This document shows positions 37,987-50,116 of a DNA stretch of 64,000 nucleotides, in pieces. The stretch's first letter is position 1. Every line of letters begins with the position of its first letter. A model generated the notes under the pieces. The model saw only the letters and a program-made list of their open reading frames with translations, had not been told where the DNA came from and made no database searches. Source of the DNA: Malacoraja senta. Taxonomy: Eukaryota. The stretch spans positions 3,846,001 through 3,910,000 of the forward strand of contig CM075990.1 of assembly GCA_038087875.1 (NCBI GenBank), written 5' to 3'. A program made the position numbers and the translations under genes.

Positions 37987-39175
37987 TTGCAGCATGTTGG
38001 TTGGGATGTTTCCACTAATGGGAGAATCTGGGACCAGAGGTCATAGCCTCAGAATTAAAGAACGTTCCTTTAAGAAGAATATAAGACAGAATTCCTTTAG
38101 TCAGAGGGTGGTGAATCTGTGGAATTCATTGCCACTAATGGCTGTGGGGGCCAAGTCAATGGATATTTTTAAGGCAGAGATAAATAGATTCTTGATTAGT
38201 ATGGGCGTCAGGGGTTATAGGGAGAAGGCAGGAGAATGGGGTTGAGAGGGAGAGATAGATCAGCCATGATTGAATGGCGGAGTAGACTTGATGGGACGAA
38301 TGGCCTAATTCTGCTCCTATCACTTATGAACTTATGTTATCATGGCCATAGTCGTACATTGAGTCAGAATCTATAGATTAATTTTAAGGCGTGTAAACCC
38401 ACTCATGACCTTATTAGTGTGATTCCTGTGGTTTTGGCTGCGAGTACAAAGCTTGATGCAAAGACATGGTTCCAGCATTGAAGGAGCATCCACCTATTAT
38501 TTTATGGGTCGGTCACAAATATCTCTGCACTAATCTTCCTGTTGGCCCATTCTACCATCACAAGCTCTTTTGAGTCACTTTGTCCTCTTTTCCCTTTTGT
38601 GTCCATTTTTCGGTCAGAATTTCCTGAGCAGCTTTTGTCTCATTGTTCATAATTAAACCACAGCTGCCCATCTTTATTAACTTGCAGCTTGCAAACAAAT
38701 GTTGCCTCTATCATGGTCATCTATTCTCCAGCGGAATTATTTGTAATCCCTTTGTTCTTGCCCCAGTTTCTCTCAGTCTCCATTTCCTCTCCTTTCCTTC
38801 CTGCGTTCTCGGTTACACCGCCGTTCAACATTAATTCAGGCATTATCCAGGATGGGTTTCGAAGTTTGCGTCACTCTCTCAATCTTTCCATCAACCTCAA
38901 TCGTCTTACTGCAATCTCCACGTTTTGCATTTCCCTTTTCCATTTCAGCAGCACTTTCGTCCTGAAAGCTGTCAGTGGCATGTTTTACAATTTATTCCCA
39001 ACATTTTGCACAATAATATAATTGAACGCTCAGAGTCCAGCCATCACGAGTGAATGCAGAGAAAAACTTAGAAAAGGTCTTCTGAGCCCTTTTGCTAAAT
39101 CATCCTATAATGTTAAACATACTTGCCCAAATTCTCTTTCTAGCCACCCTGGCTTGCTGGTCAAGTGCCCTTAGA

Positions 39176-39663
39176 ACATAGACAATAGACAATAGACAAT
39201 AGGTGCAGGAGTAGGCCATTCGGTTCTTCGAGCCAGCACCGCCATTCAATGTGATCATGGCTGATCATCCCCAATCAGTACACTGTTCCTGCCTTCTCCC
39301 CATATCCCCTGACTCCGCTATTTTTAAGAGGCCTATCTAGCTCTCTCTTGAATGCATCCAGAGAACCTGTCACCACCGCCCTCTGAGGCAGAGAATTCCA
39401 CAGACTCACAACTCTCTGTGAGAAAACGTGTTTCCTCGTCTCCGTTCTAAATGGCTTACTCCTTATTCTTAAACTGTGACCCCTGGTTCTGGACTCCCCC
39501 AACATCGGGAACATGTTTCCTGCCTCTAGTGTGTCCAAGCCCTTAACAATCTTATATGTTTCAATGAGATACCCTCTGATCCTTCTAAACTCCAGAGTGT
39601 ACAAGCCCAGCTGCTCAATTCTCTCAGCATATGACAGTCCCGCCATCCCGGGAATTAACCTTG
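39176..39663 (-). mobile_element. CR1/HER1-type LINE 3' fragment
   Basis: ORF 39275-39646 matches CR1 ORF2 C-terminus; (ctattgt)n tail. Confidence 0.88.
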
Positions 39664-40727
39664 TATCATAGAACAGTACAGCACAAGAACAGGCTCTTCA
39701 GCACACAACGTCTGTGCTAAACATGAAGCCAAGACCATCTCTTATCTACCTGTGCATAATCCATGACCCTCAGTTCCCTTCAGTTGCTTGGGCAGCTTGA
39801 CTTCTCTAACTTCAAGTAGCCCTTACTTTCCCTCTCACTCCATCCCCTCCCCTTCCCAGTTCTCCTGCCAGTCTTACTGTCTCCGACTACATTTTATCTG
39901 TACCGCCCACTCCCCTGACATCAGTCTGAAGTAGGGTCTTGACCCGAAAACGTCACCCATTCGTTCTCTCCAGAGATGCTGCCTGTCCCGCTGAGTTACT
40001 CCAGCATTTTTGTGTCTCCCTCAGTTCCCTGCAGGTCCATGTGCCTATGCAAAAGTCTATTCAATGCCACTATCGTATCTGCCTTCACCACCACCCCTGG
40101 CTGCATGTTCCAGGAACTCACTACACTGGCCCCGCAAATCTCCTTTAACCTCGGCTCCCTTCACCTTAAAGCTGTGCCCTTGGGATAAGCTATTTCCTCA
40201 AGTGCAGCTGAAGCGACAATCCTCCTCCAGAAGGGAAACACACATTGCTGGAGTAACTCAGCGGGTCAACAGGATGTTGCCTGACCTACTGAGTTCCTCC
40301 AGCACTTTGCGTTTCACTCAAGATTCCAGCAACTGCAGTTCCTTGTGCCTCCATCTTCCTCCAGGAAGCTTATTTGCAATCAACAGAATTGATTGATCTT
40401 ACGGAATCAAGGGATATGGGGAGAAAGCAGGAACGGGGTACTGATTCTGGATGATCAGCCATGATCATATTGAATGGGGTGCTGGCTCGAAGGGCCGAAT
40501 GGCCTACACCTGCACCTATTTTCTATGTTTCTATGTTTCAAACAGGTATAGGGCGGTTCCCCTCTCAAGAGCAGCAGTGCAGTGACAATTCCTCCAAGGG
40601 TCAGAGATCCGGCTTCTCTCTTAACCTCGGGTGCTGTCTGTGTGGAGTTTGCATGTTCTCCCAATGACCAAATCAGTTGACCTCTGGTACTCCGGTTTCC
40701 TCCCGCATCCCAAAGTGTGGGTTAGTA

Positions 40728-41107
40728 CAGGTCCACCCCCAATTTTACAGCACCCTTGGTTCCAGAGCCTTGCTGGATTATCCGTTTTGCCGGACCAACA
40801 GAGGTCACGGCCTCCGAGAGGAATCTAACGGTACTGGAACGATCAGCCGAGGGGTACGAGATACCGGCCCGCAAAGTCGCCATCGGAAGTCGGCTATGGA
40901 AACGGATCTGCCAGCTCCGGCCGGACCAGAGTTCCAGAGCCCCAGCCACAGGGGGCTAATTCGACTCGCCGATCGGCCGCGGAAGTCCCGATGAGGTCGC
41001 GATCGGCCGCCTCACCCGGCCTACGGGGGATTTCAAGTCTCTTGTAATTTTGTCCGGAGTAAAGGAAGGGCCACACCACCAGTTCCCATCATTCGGAGGT
41101 GGAGCTG
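40728..41107. mobile_element. Tc1/mariner-like MITE, same family as 23311-23651, inserted in a V-SINE
   Basis: ta|caggtccacccccaattttacagcac...ggaggtggagctg; internal sequence is the reverse complement of 23311-23651. Confidence 0.75.
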
Positions 41108-41126
41108 CACCTTAATCGGTTACTGC

Positions 41127-43770
41127 AAACGCTGGTGGGTGTTGTGTACAGGCCACCTAGCAGTAGTAGTGAAGTTGGGGATGGCATCAAACAGGAAATT
41201 AGAAATGCGTGCAACAAAGGCAAAACAGTTATAATGGGTGACTTTAATCTACATATAGATTGGGTGAATCAAATTGGCAGGGGTGCTGAGGAAGAGGATT
41301 TCTTGGAATGTATGCGGGATAGTTATCTAAACCAACATGTAGAGGAACCAACGAGAGAGCAGGCTATTCTAGACTGGGTATTGAGTAATGAGGAAGGGTT
41401 AGTTAGCAGTCTTGTTGTGCGTGCCCCCTTGGGCAAGAGTGACCATAATATGGTTGAGTTCTTCATTAGGATGGAGAGTGACATTGTTAATTCAGAAACA
41501 ACGGTTCTGAACTTAAAGAGAGGTAACTTTGAGGGTATGAGACGTGAATTGGCCAAGATTGACTGGCAATTAGTTCTAAAAGGGTTGACGGTGGATATGC
41601 AATGGAAGGCATTTAAAGACTGCATGGATGAACTACAAAAATTGTTCATCCCAGTTTGGCAAAAGAATAAATCAGGGAAGGTAGTGCATCCGTGGATAAC
41701 AAGGGAAATCAGGGATAGTATCAAAGCAAAAGATGATGCGTACAAATTAGCCAGAAAAAGCAGCATACCAGACGACTGGGGGAAATTCAGAGACCAGCAG
41801 AGGAGGACAAAGGGCTTAATTAGGAAAGGGAAAATAGATTATGAAAGGAAACTGGCAGGGAACATAAAAACTGACTGCAAAAGTTTTTATAGATATGTGA
41901 AGAGAAAGAGATTAGTTAAAACAAATGTAGGTCCCTTGCAGTCAGAAACAGGGGAACAAGGATATGGCGGACCAATTGAATAACTACTTTGGTTCCGTCT
42001 TCACTAAGGAAGACATAAATAATCTGCCGGAAATAGCAGGGGACCGGGGGTCAAATGAGATGGAGGAACTGAGTGAAATCCAGGTTAGCCAGGAAGTGGT
42101 GTTAGGTAAATGAGATGGAGGAACTGAGTGAAATCCAGGTTAGCCAGGAAGTGGTGTTAGGTAAATTGAATGGATTAAAGGCCGATAAATCACCAGGGCC
42201 AGATAGGCTGCATCCCAGAGTACTTAAGGAAGTATCCCCAGAAATAGTGGATGCATTAGTGATAATTTTTCAAAACTCTTTAGATTCTGGAGTAGTTCCA
42301 GAGGATTGGAGGGTAGCAAACATAACCCCACTTTTTAAGAAGGGAGGGAGAGAGAAAACGGGGAATTACAGACCAGTTAGTCTAACATCGGTAGTGGGGG
42401 AACTGCTAGAGTCAGTTATTAAAGATGGGATAGCAGCACATTTGGAAAGTGGTGAAATCATTGGACAAAGTCAGCATGGATTTACGAAAGGTAAATCATG
42501 TCTGACGAATCTTATAGAATTTTTCGAGGATGTAACTAGTAGAGTGGATAGGGGAGAACCAGTGGATGTGTTGTATCTGGACTTTCAGAAGGCTTTCGAC
42601 AAGGTACCACATAAGAGATTAGTATACAAACGTAAAGCACATGGTATTGGGGGTTCAGTATTGATGTGGATAGAGAACTGGCTGGCAAACAGGAAGCAAA
42701 GAGTAGGAGTAAACGGGTCCTTTTCACAATGGCAGGCAGTGACTAGTGGGGTACCGCAAGGCTCAGTGCTGGGACCCCAGCTATTTACAATTTATATTAA
42801 TGAACTGGATGAGGGAATTGAAGGCAACATCTCCAAGTTTGCGGATGACACTAAGCTGGGGGGCAGTGTTAGCTGTGAGGAGGATGCTAGGAGACTGCAA
42901 GGTGACTTGGATAGGCTGGGTGAGTGGGCAAATGTTTGGCAGATGCAGTATAATGTGGATAAATGTGAGGTTATCCACTTTGGTGGCAAAAACAGGAAAG
43001 CAGACTATTATCTAAATGGTGGCCGATTAGGAAAAGGGGAGATGCAGCGAGACCTGGGTGTCATGGTACACCAGTCATTGAAAGTAGGCATGCAGGTGCA
43101 GCAGGCAGTGAAGAAAGCGAATGGTATGTTAGCTTTCATAGCAAAAGGATTTGAGTATAGGAGCAGGGAGGTTCTACTGCAGTTGTACAGGGTCTTGGTG
43201 AGACCACACCTGGAGTATTGCGTACAGTTTTGGTCTCCAAATCTGAGGAAGGACATTATAGCCATAGAGGGAGTGCAGAGAAGGTTCACCAGACTGATTC
43301 CTGGGATGTCAGGACTTTCATATGAAGAAAGACTGGATAGACTTGGCTTATACTCGCTAGAATTTAGGAGATTGAGAGGGGATCTTATAGAAACGTACAA
43401 AATTCTTATGGGGTTGGACAGGCTAGATGCAGGAAGATTGTTCCCGATGTTGGGGAAGTCCAGGACAAGGGGTCACAGCTTAAGGATAAGGGGGAAATCC
43501 TTTAAGACCGAGATGAGGAAAAACTTTTTCACACAGAGAGTGGTGAATCTCTGGAACTCTCTGCCACAGAGGGTAGTTGAGGCCAGTTCATTGGCTATAT
43601 TTAAGAGGGAGTTAGATGTGGTCCTTGTGGCTAAAGGGATCAGGGGGTATGGAGAGAAGGCAGGTACGGGATACTGAGTTGGATGATCAGCCATGATCAT
43701 ATTGAATGGCAGTACAGGCTCGAAGGGCCGAATGGCCTACTCCTGCACCTATTTTCTATGTATCTATGTA
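41127..43770 (+). mobile_element. CR1 LINE, 5'-truncated in the endonuclease domain, young
   Basis: ORF 41099-41983 (VYRPP, MGDFN, SDHN) and ORF 42115-43677 (520 aa RT, FADD); frame broken by a 14-bp deletion near 41950 and a 55-bp duplication at 42056-42165; ttctatgtatctatgta tail. Confidence 0.95.
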
Positions 43771-45657
43771 TGTCCCTAGTAACCAGGTGAGTCGAGTGGT
43801 AGAATCTGGAAAAGGAAGGAGAATAAAAAATGTAATTAAAGTTGGATTCATTTAAATGGGTGAGGTTTGGTCGGCATGGATCTGTGTGGCAAAATGAATT
43901 GCTTCTTTGTTGTATTTCTCTGATTCTGACTCTCTTCCCATGACTCTAGCTGTCTTCAGCAGTCACTCAGGCTTACCTGCAGTTAAGTTGTTTCCTGGCA
44001 TTCATAAGCATTAAAAAATACAGGGAATTCAAAATAGAACGTGTAAGAAAGAACTGCAGATGCTGGTTTAAATCGTAGGTAGACACAACATGCTGGAGTA
44101 ACTCAACGGGTGAGGCAGCATCTCTGGAGAGAAGGAATGGGTGACGTTTCGGGTCGAGAACCTTCTTCGACCCGAAACATCCGAAACCAGATTGGTGGTG
44201 CAGTGGACACTGAAGAAGGTATCTAAGATTACAACTGGATCTCGATCAACTGGGAATGTATTGCCAAGATTAGCTGAATGAATTTGAGTTTAGTTTATTG
44301 TCACATGTACCGAGGTACAGTGAAAAGCTTTTGTTGCGTGCTAACCAGTTGGCGGAAAGACAATACATGATTACAATTGAACCATCCACAATATACAGAT
44401 ACATGAAAAAAGAAAATAACGTGAAGAATGTTTCAGATAAGTGCAACGAGATGCATTTTGTGACGTGGGGGAACCGCCGTGGGGGGAGGGAAGAATGAAC
44501 GAGGACCCGGCGTGGGTGGACCGCCATGGAGGGGGGAGAACAAAGGAGTACTCGGCGTGCGGGAAGGGGAGGGGATGGAGAGAGGGGGCGGAACTAAGGA
44601 GGACCTGGCATGGGATAGTTTGTAACATTGACGCCGCCATTTTTTGTGGCGATCCTTTCAAAAAGACAAAGACTTTCACTATGACTCGCGACAATAATGT
44701 ATTCATTCATTTTGGGAAGTTGAACCAGGGCAGGACATGCACAGTAAATGGCAGAACCCTGGTGAACCTTGTAGAATAGGTAGACCTCAGGGAACAGGTA
44801 CTCTGAAATGATGACAGAGGTAGAGAGGGGGGTGAAGAGGGCATATGGCACACTTGCACTCATCTGTCAAGGCATTGAGTACAATGTTGGGATGTCCTGG
44901 TACAACGAGACAAGGGATTTGTGAGACCGCACCGGGAATATTCTGTGCAGTTTTGTTTGCGTAGCTGTAGAAGTTTCAAGCCGCAGGTGCGGCGCGGACT
45001 TACCATCGTGGAGCCTGTGATCTTTTGCCAAGGATCGCCAGTGTTGGAGCTCTGACCGCGGGGCGTGTGGGCTTTAACACCGTGAAGCAGCGGTCTCTGG
45101 TAAGTAGCGGCCGACACGGGAGCTCCATGCCGCGGAATGTTCCGATCCGTCCCGACGCCGGAGTTTCGATCATCCCGACGAGAGGGCTTGAACAGCGGAC
45201 CGTCGGCAACGGCAAGTGCGGAGGATTCAAGGCCCCGACCAGGGGTGAACAAAGGAAGATGACTGAACTTTATTGCCTTCCATCACAGTGAAGAATGTTG
45301 ATTCCACTGTGGTGGATGTTTATGTTAAACTTTATTTTATGCACTGTGTGTATTTTTGATTTTTTTACTTAGTATTGCTGCATGGTAACTCAAATTTCAC
45401 TGAATCTTGAATCTTGAATCTTGAAAGCATGTGATTAAGCTGGAAAGGGTTCAGAAAAGATTTAGGATTTAGGCTTGGGAGGAGCGCCTGGGTAGGCTGG
45501 GCATCTTTCCCTGGCGTGTAGGAGTCTGAGCGGTGACCTTAGAGGCATAGAATCATGAGGAGCGTAGATAAGAGGAATGGTCACAGTCTTTTCCCCCAGG
45601 ATAAAGAAGTCTAAAACCAGAGGGCATCGTTTTAAGAAGAAAATGCAAAGATTTAAA

Positions 45658-46025
45658 GACAATAGACAATGGACAATAGGTGCAGGAATAGGCCAGTTGG
45701 CCCTTCGAGCCAGCACCACCATTCAATGTGATCATGGCTGATCATCCCCAATCAGTACCCCGTTCCTGCCTTTTCCCCATATCCCCTGACTGCACTATTT
45801 TTAAGAGCCCTATCTAGCTCTCTCTTGAAAGCATCCAGAGAACCTGCCTCCACCGCCCTCTGAGGCAGAGAATTCCACAGACTCACCACTCTCTGTGAGA
45901 AAAAGTGTTTCCTTGTCTCCGTTCTAAATGGCTTACTCCTTATTCTCAAACTGTGGCCCCTGGTTCTGGACTCCCCCAACATAGGGAACATGTTTCCTGC
46001 CTCTAACGTGTCCAAGCCCTTAACA
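45658..46025 (-). mobile_element. CR1/HER1-type LINE 3' fragment
   Basis: ORF 45752-46057 KGLDTLEAGNMFPMLGESRTRGHSLRIR...; tail repeats. Confidence 0.88.
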
Positions 46026-46287
46026 ACAAAAGAGGACCCGATGGACAGGTTTTTCATGAAGGATGATGGAATGAGCTACCAGAAGAGCTGGTAAAGGAGG
46101 GTACAATTACACCAGTACATGGAGTCAAGAGTCAAGTTATTGTCATATATCCCAGATAGAACAATAAAATCCATGCGTGCAGATTGGAAAGTTTTATTGG
46201 GATGTGGGCCAATGCATTTCATTGTACATACCACAATAATGTATCATTAAGTTGAATCAGTTAGGCAACATGGTCAGCTGGGATGAG

Positions 46288-47578
46288 GTGAGATGAGGTG
46301 AGATGTGGTGGGTGCACAGGTGAGATGTGGTGGGGTGGGGTATGGGTACAGGTGAGATGTGCTGGGCTGGGGTGGGTGTACAGGTGAGATGTGGTAGGGT
46401 GGGGTATGTGTACAGGTGAGATGTGGTGGGGTGGGGTATGTGTACAGGTGAGATGTGGTGGGGTGGGGTATGTGTACAGGTGAGATGTGGTTGGGTGGGG
46501 TATGTGTACAGGTGAGATGTGGTGGGTGGGGTATGTGTACAGGTGAGATGTGCTGTGCTGGGCTGGGGTGGATGTACAGGTGAGATGTGCTGGGCTGGGG
46601 TGGGTGTACAGGTGAGATGTGGTGGGGTGGGGTATGTGTACAGGTGAGATGTGCTGGGCTGGGGTGGGTGTACAAGTGAGATGTGGTGGGGTGGGGTACA
46701 TGTACAGGTGAGATGTGCTGGGGTGGGGTGGGTGTACAGGTGAGATGTGGTGGGCTGGGGTGGGTGTACAGGTGAGATGTGCTGTGCTGTGCTGGGCTGG
46801 GGTGGGTGTACAGGTGAGATGTGGTGGGGTGGGGTATGTGTACAGGTGAGATGTGCTGGGCTGGGCTGGGGTGGGTGTACAGGTGAGATGTGGTGGGGTG
46901 GGGTACGTGTACAGGTGAGATGTGCTATGCTGGGCTGGGGTGGGTGTACAGGTGAGATGTGGTGGGGTGGGGTACGTGTACAGGTGAGATGTGCTATGCT
47001 GGGCTGGGGTGGGTGTACAGGTGAGATGTGGTGGGGTGGGGTATGTGTACAGGTGAGATGTGCTATGCTGGGCTGGGGTGGGGTGTACAGGTGAGATGTG
47101 GTGGGGTGGGGTATGTGTACAGGTGAGGTGCTATGCTGGGCTGGGGTGGGTGTACAGGTGAGATGTGGTGGGGTGGGGTATGTGTACAGGTGAGATGTGC
47201 TGTGCTGGGCTGGGGTGGGTGTACAGGTGAGATGTGGTGGGGTGGGGTATGTGTACAGGTGAGGTGCTATGCTGGGCTGGGGTGGGTGTACAGGTGAGAT
47301 GTGGTGGGGTGGGGTATGTGTACAGGTGAGGTGCTATGCTGGGCTGGGGTGGGTGTACAGGTGAGATGTGGTGGGGTGGGGTATGTGTACAGGTGAGATG
47401 TGCTGTGCTGGGCTGGGGTGGGTGTACAGGTGAGATGTGGTGGGGTGGGGTATGTGTACAGGTGAGATGTGCTGTGCTGTGCTGGGCTGGGGTGGGTGTA
47501 CAGGTGAGATGTGGTGGGGTGGGGTGGGTGTACAGGTGAGATGTGCTGTGCTGGGCTGGGGTGGGTGTACAGGTGAGT
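46288..47578. repeat. G-rich minisatellite, ~32-42 bp variant units, ~1.3 kb
   Basis: Core gtacaggtgagatgtg alternating with gtggggtggggtatgt or ctgggctggggtgggt. Confidence 0.95.
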
Positions 47579-47589
47579 TGGTGATACAC

Positions 47590-47735
47590 AACCACGTGGC
47601 CGCGCTCATTATTCAGGCGGGACGATGACGTGCGAGGGCGATGACGTCAACACGCTCGCCAATGAAAACCTGTCCCGTGACCCGCGCCGCCTGCTGGGAG
47701 TTGTAGGCGGTATAGAAGGGGGGCGCATGCGCAGC
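47590..47735 (+). promoter_or_regulatory. GHITM: GHITM CpG-rich promoter
   Basis: CACGTG 47593-47598, TGACGTG 47626-47632, full CRE TGACGTCA 47642-47649, CCAAT 47659-47663, TATAGA 47711-47716, NRF1-type GCGCATGCGCA 47723-47733, directly upstream of a strong donor. Confidence 0.75.
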
Positions 47736-47805
47736 GGCTGCAGATCGGCGAAGGTTCCGGAAGGAGTGAACGGACCGGGAGCCGGGCTGTGTCGCAGTGA
47801 GGGAG
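47736..47805 (+). other. GHITM: GHITM non-coding exon 1 (start approximate)
   Basis: Donor GAG|GTGAGT at 47805/47806; next exon (49060) begins after an acceptor and contains the ATG. Confidence 0.65.
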
Positions 47806-49109
47806 GTGAGTGGAGCCCCCGAACCCCCCCCCCCCAGTCATCATCGGGGTCAGGCCCGGGACCCCCACCCCCAGATCACACCCGAGGAAGAGGGGGTGAG
47901 AGAGCCGGTGTCGATTCCTCTTTAAGACACTTGTATTATTATGATCACCGTGTGGCCCCCACACGTAATGGCTACCTCTGCCTGTGACACAGGGCTGCAT
48001 CACCTGCTGTGTGTGTGTGTGTTCCTTCCTCAGCACCAAGCAAAAGCTGCTCAGTCGGGCAGAGTCGAGGTCACTTCATGTAAATGACCTTGGGGTCTAT
48101 TCTGGAGACACAAGGAACTGCAGATGCTGGAAACTTGGGTAAAACACAAAGTGCTGGAGGAACTCAGCAGGCCAGACCTGGCTGCTGCATCTGTAGAGGA
48201 TATGAAGATAGACACCAAAAGCTGGAGTAACTCAGCTTTTCAGACAGCATCTCTGGAGAAAAGCAATAGGTGATGTTTTGGGTCAAGACCCTTCTCCAGT
48301 TACTCAATTACTGAGTTACAGTAACTCCAGCTTTTTGTTTTAAACTGGTTTAAATCTTCGGTTTAAATCAGCATCTGCAGTTCCTTCCTATACATTTCGT
48401 TTGCAGAGGATCATGTTTTGGATTGGGCTCCTTCGTCAGACCCAGTTTTACTTGGGGTTTATATTCTGTTGAACTAAGGAGAATAAGGGCTGATTCATTG
48501 AAACAAGCAAGACTTCATCCTGTTTAATTTTCTAGAATTTAGATTAGTTTATTGTTATATGTACCGAGGTACAGTGAAACACTTTTTGTTGTGTGTCATC
48601 CAGTCAGTGGAAAGACTATAGATGATTAAAATCGAGCTGCCCACATTGTACGGTTACATGATAAAGGGAATAGCGTTTAGTGCAAGGTAAGGTCCAGTAA
48701 AGTACAATTTAAGATTATCCGAGAGTCTCCAGTGAGGTAGATAATAGACAATAGGTGCAGGAGTATGCCATTTGGCCCTTCGAGCCATTCAATGTGATCA
48801 TGGCTGATCATCCCCAATCAGTACCCCGTTCCGGCCTTCTCCCCATATCCCCTGACTCCGCTATTTTTAAGAGCCCTATCTAGCTCTCTCGAATAGCTCA
48901 GGGACGCTCTAGTTAATGATAGGATGGTTCAGTTGCCTGATAATAGCTGGGAAGAAACTGTCCCTGAATCTGGAGGTGTGTGTTTTCAAACCTGTAGCTC
49001 TCAATTCAGCATTACTTATGTCAATCCATCACTGTACTGTGTTTTTATTCTGTCTGCAGGTCACGTTTCATTACCAGCTACCTACTGAACAAACTTGGGT
49101 GTAGTGACA

Positions 49110-49241
49110 ATGTTGGTGGCAAGGTTTGCCTGCCTGAAGAACCTACCGGCACTGAGCCTGCGCCCTGTTCTCACGCAGCAGAGTCCAGCCTGGAAATGTC
49201 ATAATATAAAGGCCAGACAATGGCTTTTGCTACCCAAACAG
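49110..49241 (+). CDS. GHITM: GHITM coding exon 1 (exon 2; exon starts 49060), mitochondrial presequence
   Basis: MLVARFACLKNLPALSLRPVLTQQSPAWKCHNIKARQWLLLPKQ resembles GHITM MLAARLVCLRTLP...NQWLLTPSR; acceptor tctgcag|g, donor CAG|GTGAGT, phase 0. Confidence 0.92.
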
Positions 49242-49383
49242 GTGAGTCTTTCAGTTTAATTTTAGTTTACAAATACAGGCCCTTCACCCCACCATGACCA
49301 TCGATCATCCACACACTAGCTCCATGTCATCCCACTTTGGCATCTACACACTAGGGAAAATTTACAGAAGCCAATTAACCCAC

Positions 49384-49815
49384 TGTAGGATCACTGAATT
49401 CTCAATGATTTGCCGAGTCCGGCAGTAGTGTTTTAAAACTTTTAATTCAAGCACAACGGTTATACGGCATCGGAGCTAAATATTAAAATATCTGCAGACC
49501 TTAACTAAAAACTGAACACACCTTGACTAATAAAACAAATAAACTATGGAACTGTAACTAAAAAACTGAAGACTGAACATGATGATAGACCCTGGACGAA
49601 CACTTGTACAGAACCGACTACAGAATACACAGCTGAAAAACAAGATTCCTTATCTATATAAAGTGATGGATGTTCTTTAAACGCAGCTATCGCAGGGGTT
49701 AAATTACTGTGCAGCCAGCTGATGCCTTCAAAGAGTCGCAGCTTCTGCAGCCCCCTATCTTATCAGAAACAACAATCCTGGGAACGTCACACTTTGTAAT
49801 GTGCAAGGTCCCTCA
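49384..49815 (-). mobile_element. Solo LTR (432 bp) inserted in a V-SINE
   Basis: TG...CA termini (tgtagga / tccctca), 5-bp TSD CCCAC (49379-49383, 49816-49820); minus-strand TATATA and ATTAAA in LTR order. Confidence 0.72.
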
Positions 49816-49900
49816 CCCACAGACCCGCACATCTTTGGAATCTGGAGCAGCCGGAGAAAACCCGCGCAATTACAGGGAGAATGTACAAACTGCACAGAGG

Positions 49901-50116
49901 CAGGGCAGTCTTAACAGCATTATAGGCCCCCGGGCAAGGCAGTGCACTGGGGCCCCTACACTTCCAGTTTCTTTATGCCGAATCAAATATGCCGTCATGC
50001 ACTTGCGATGTTCTTCTCCGTTTTCATGTTCTACAATACATGGATTAGCGTGGGGCCCCTATGCTCGTGGTGCCCCGGGCAACTGTCCAGCATGCCCATG
50101 CGTTAAGACGGCCCTG
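49901..50116. mobile_element. hAT-type MITE
   Basis: TIR cagggcagtcttaac / gttaagacggccctg; perfect 8-bp TSD cacagagg (49893-49900, 50117-50124). Confidence 0.88.

Noticed and set aside
44460..45425. CpG-rich segments that could be a promoter or exon
   Set aside because: They end in retroelement-type tails (attcattcat; (aatcttg)n) and sit among LINE fragments, so they are likely unclassified repeats.
46261..47628. His/Pro/Thr-rich and Gly/Trp/Cys-rich repetitive ORFs
   Set aside because: Translations of the minisatellite with no splice or homology support.
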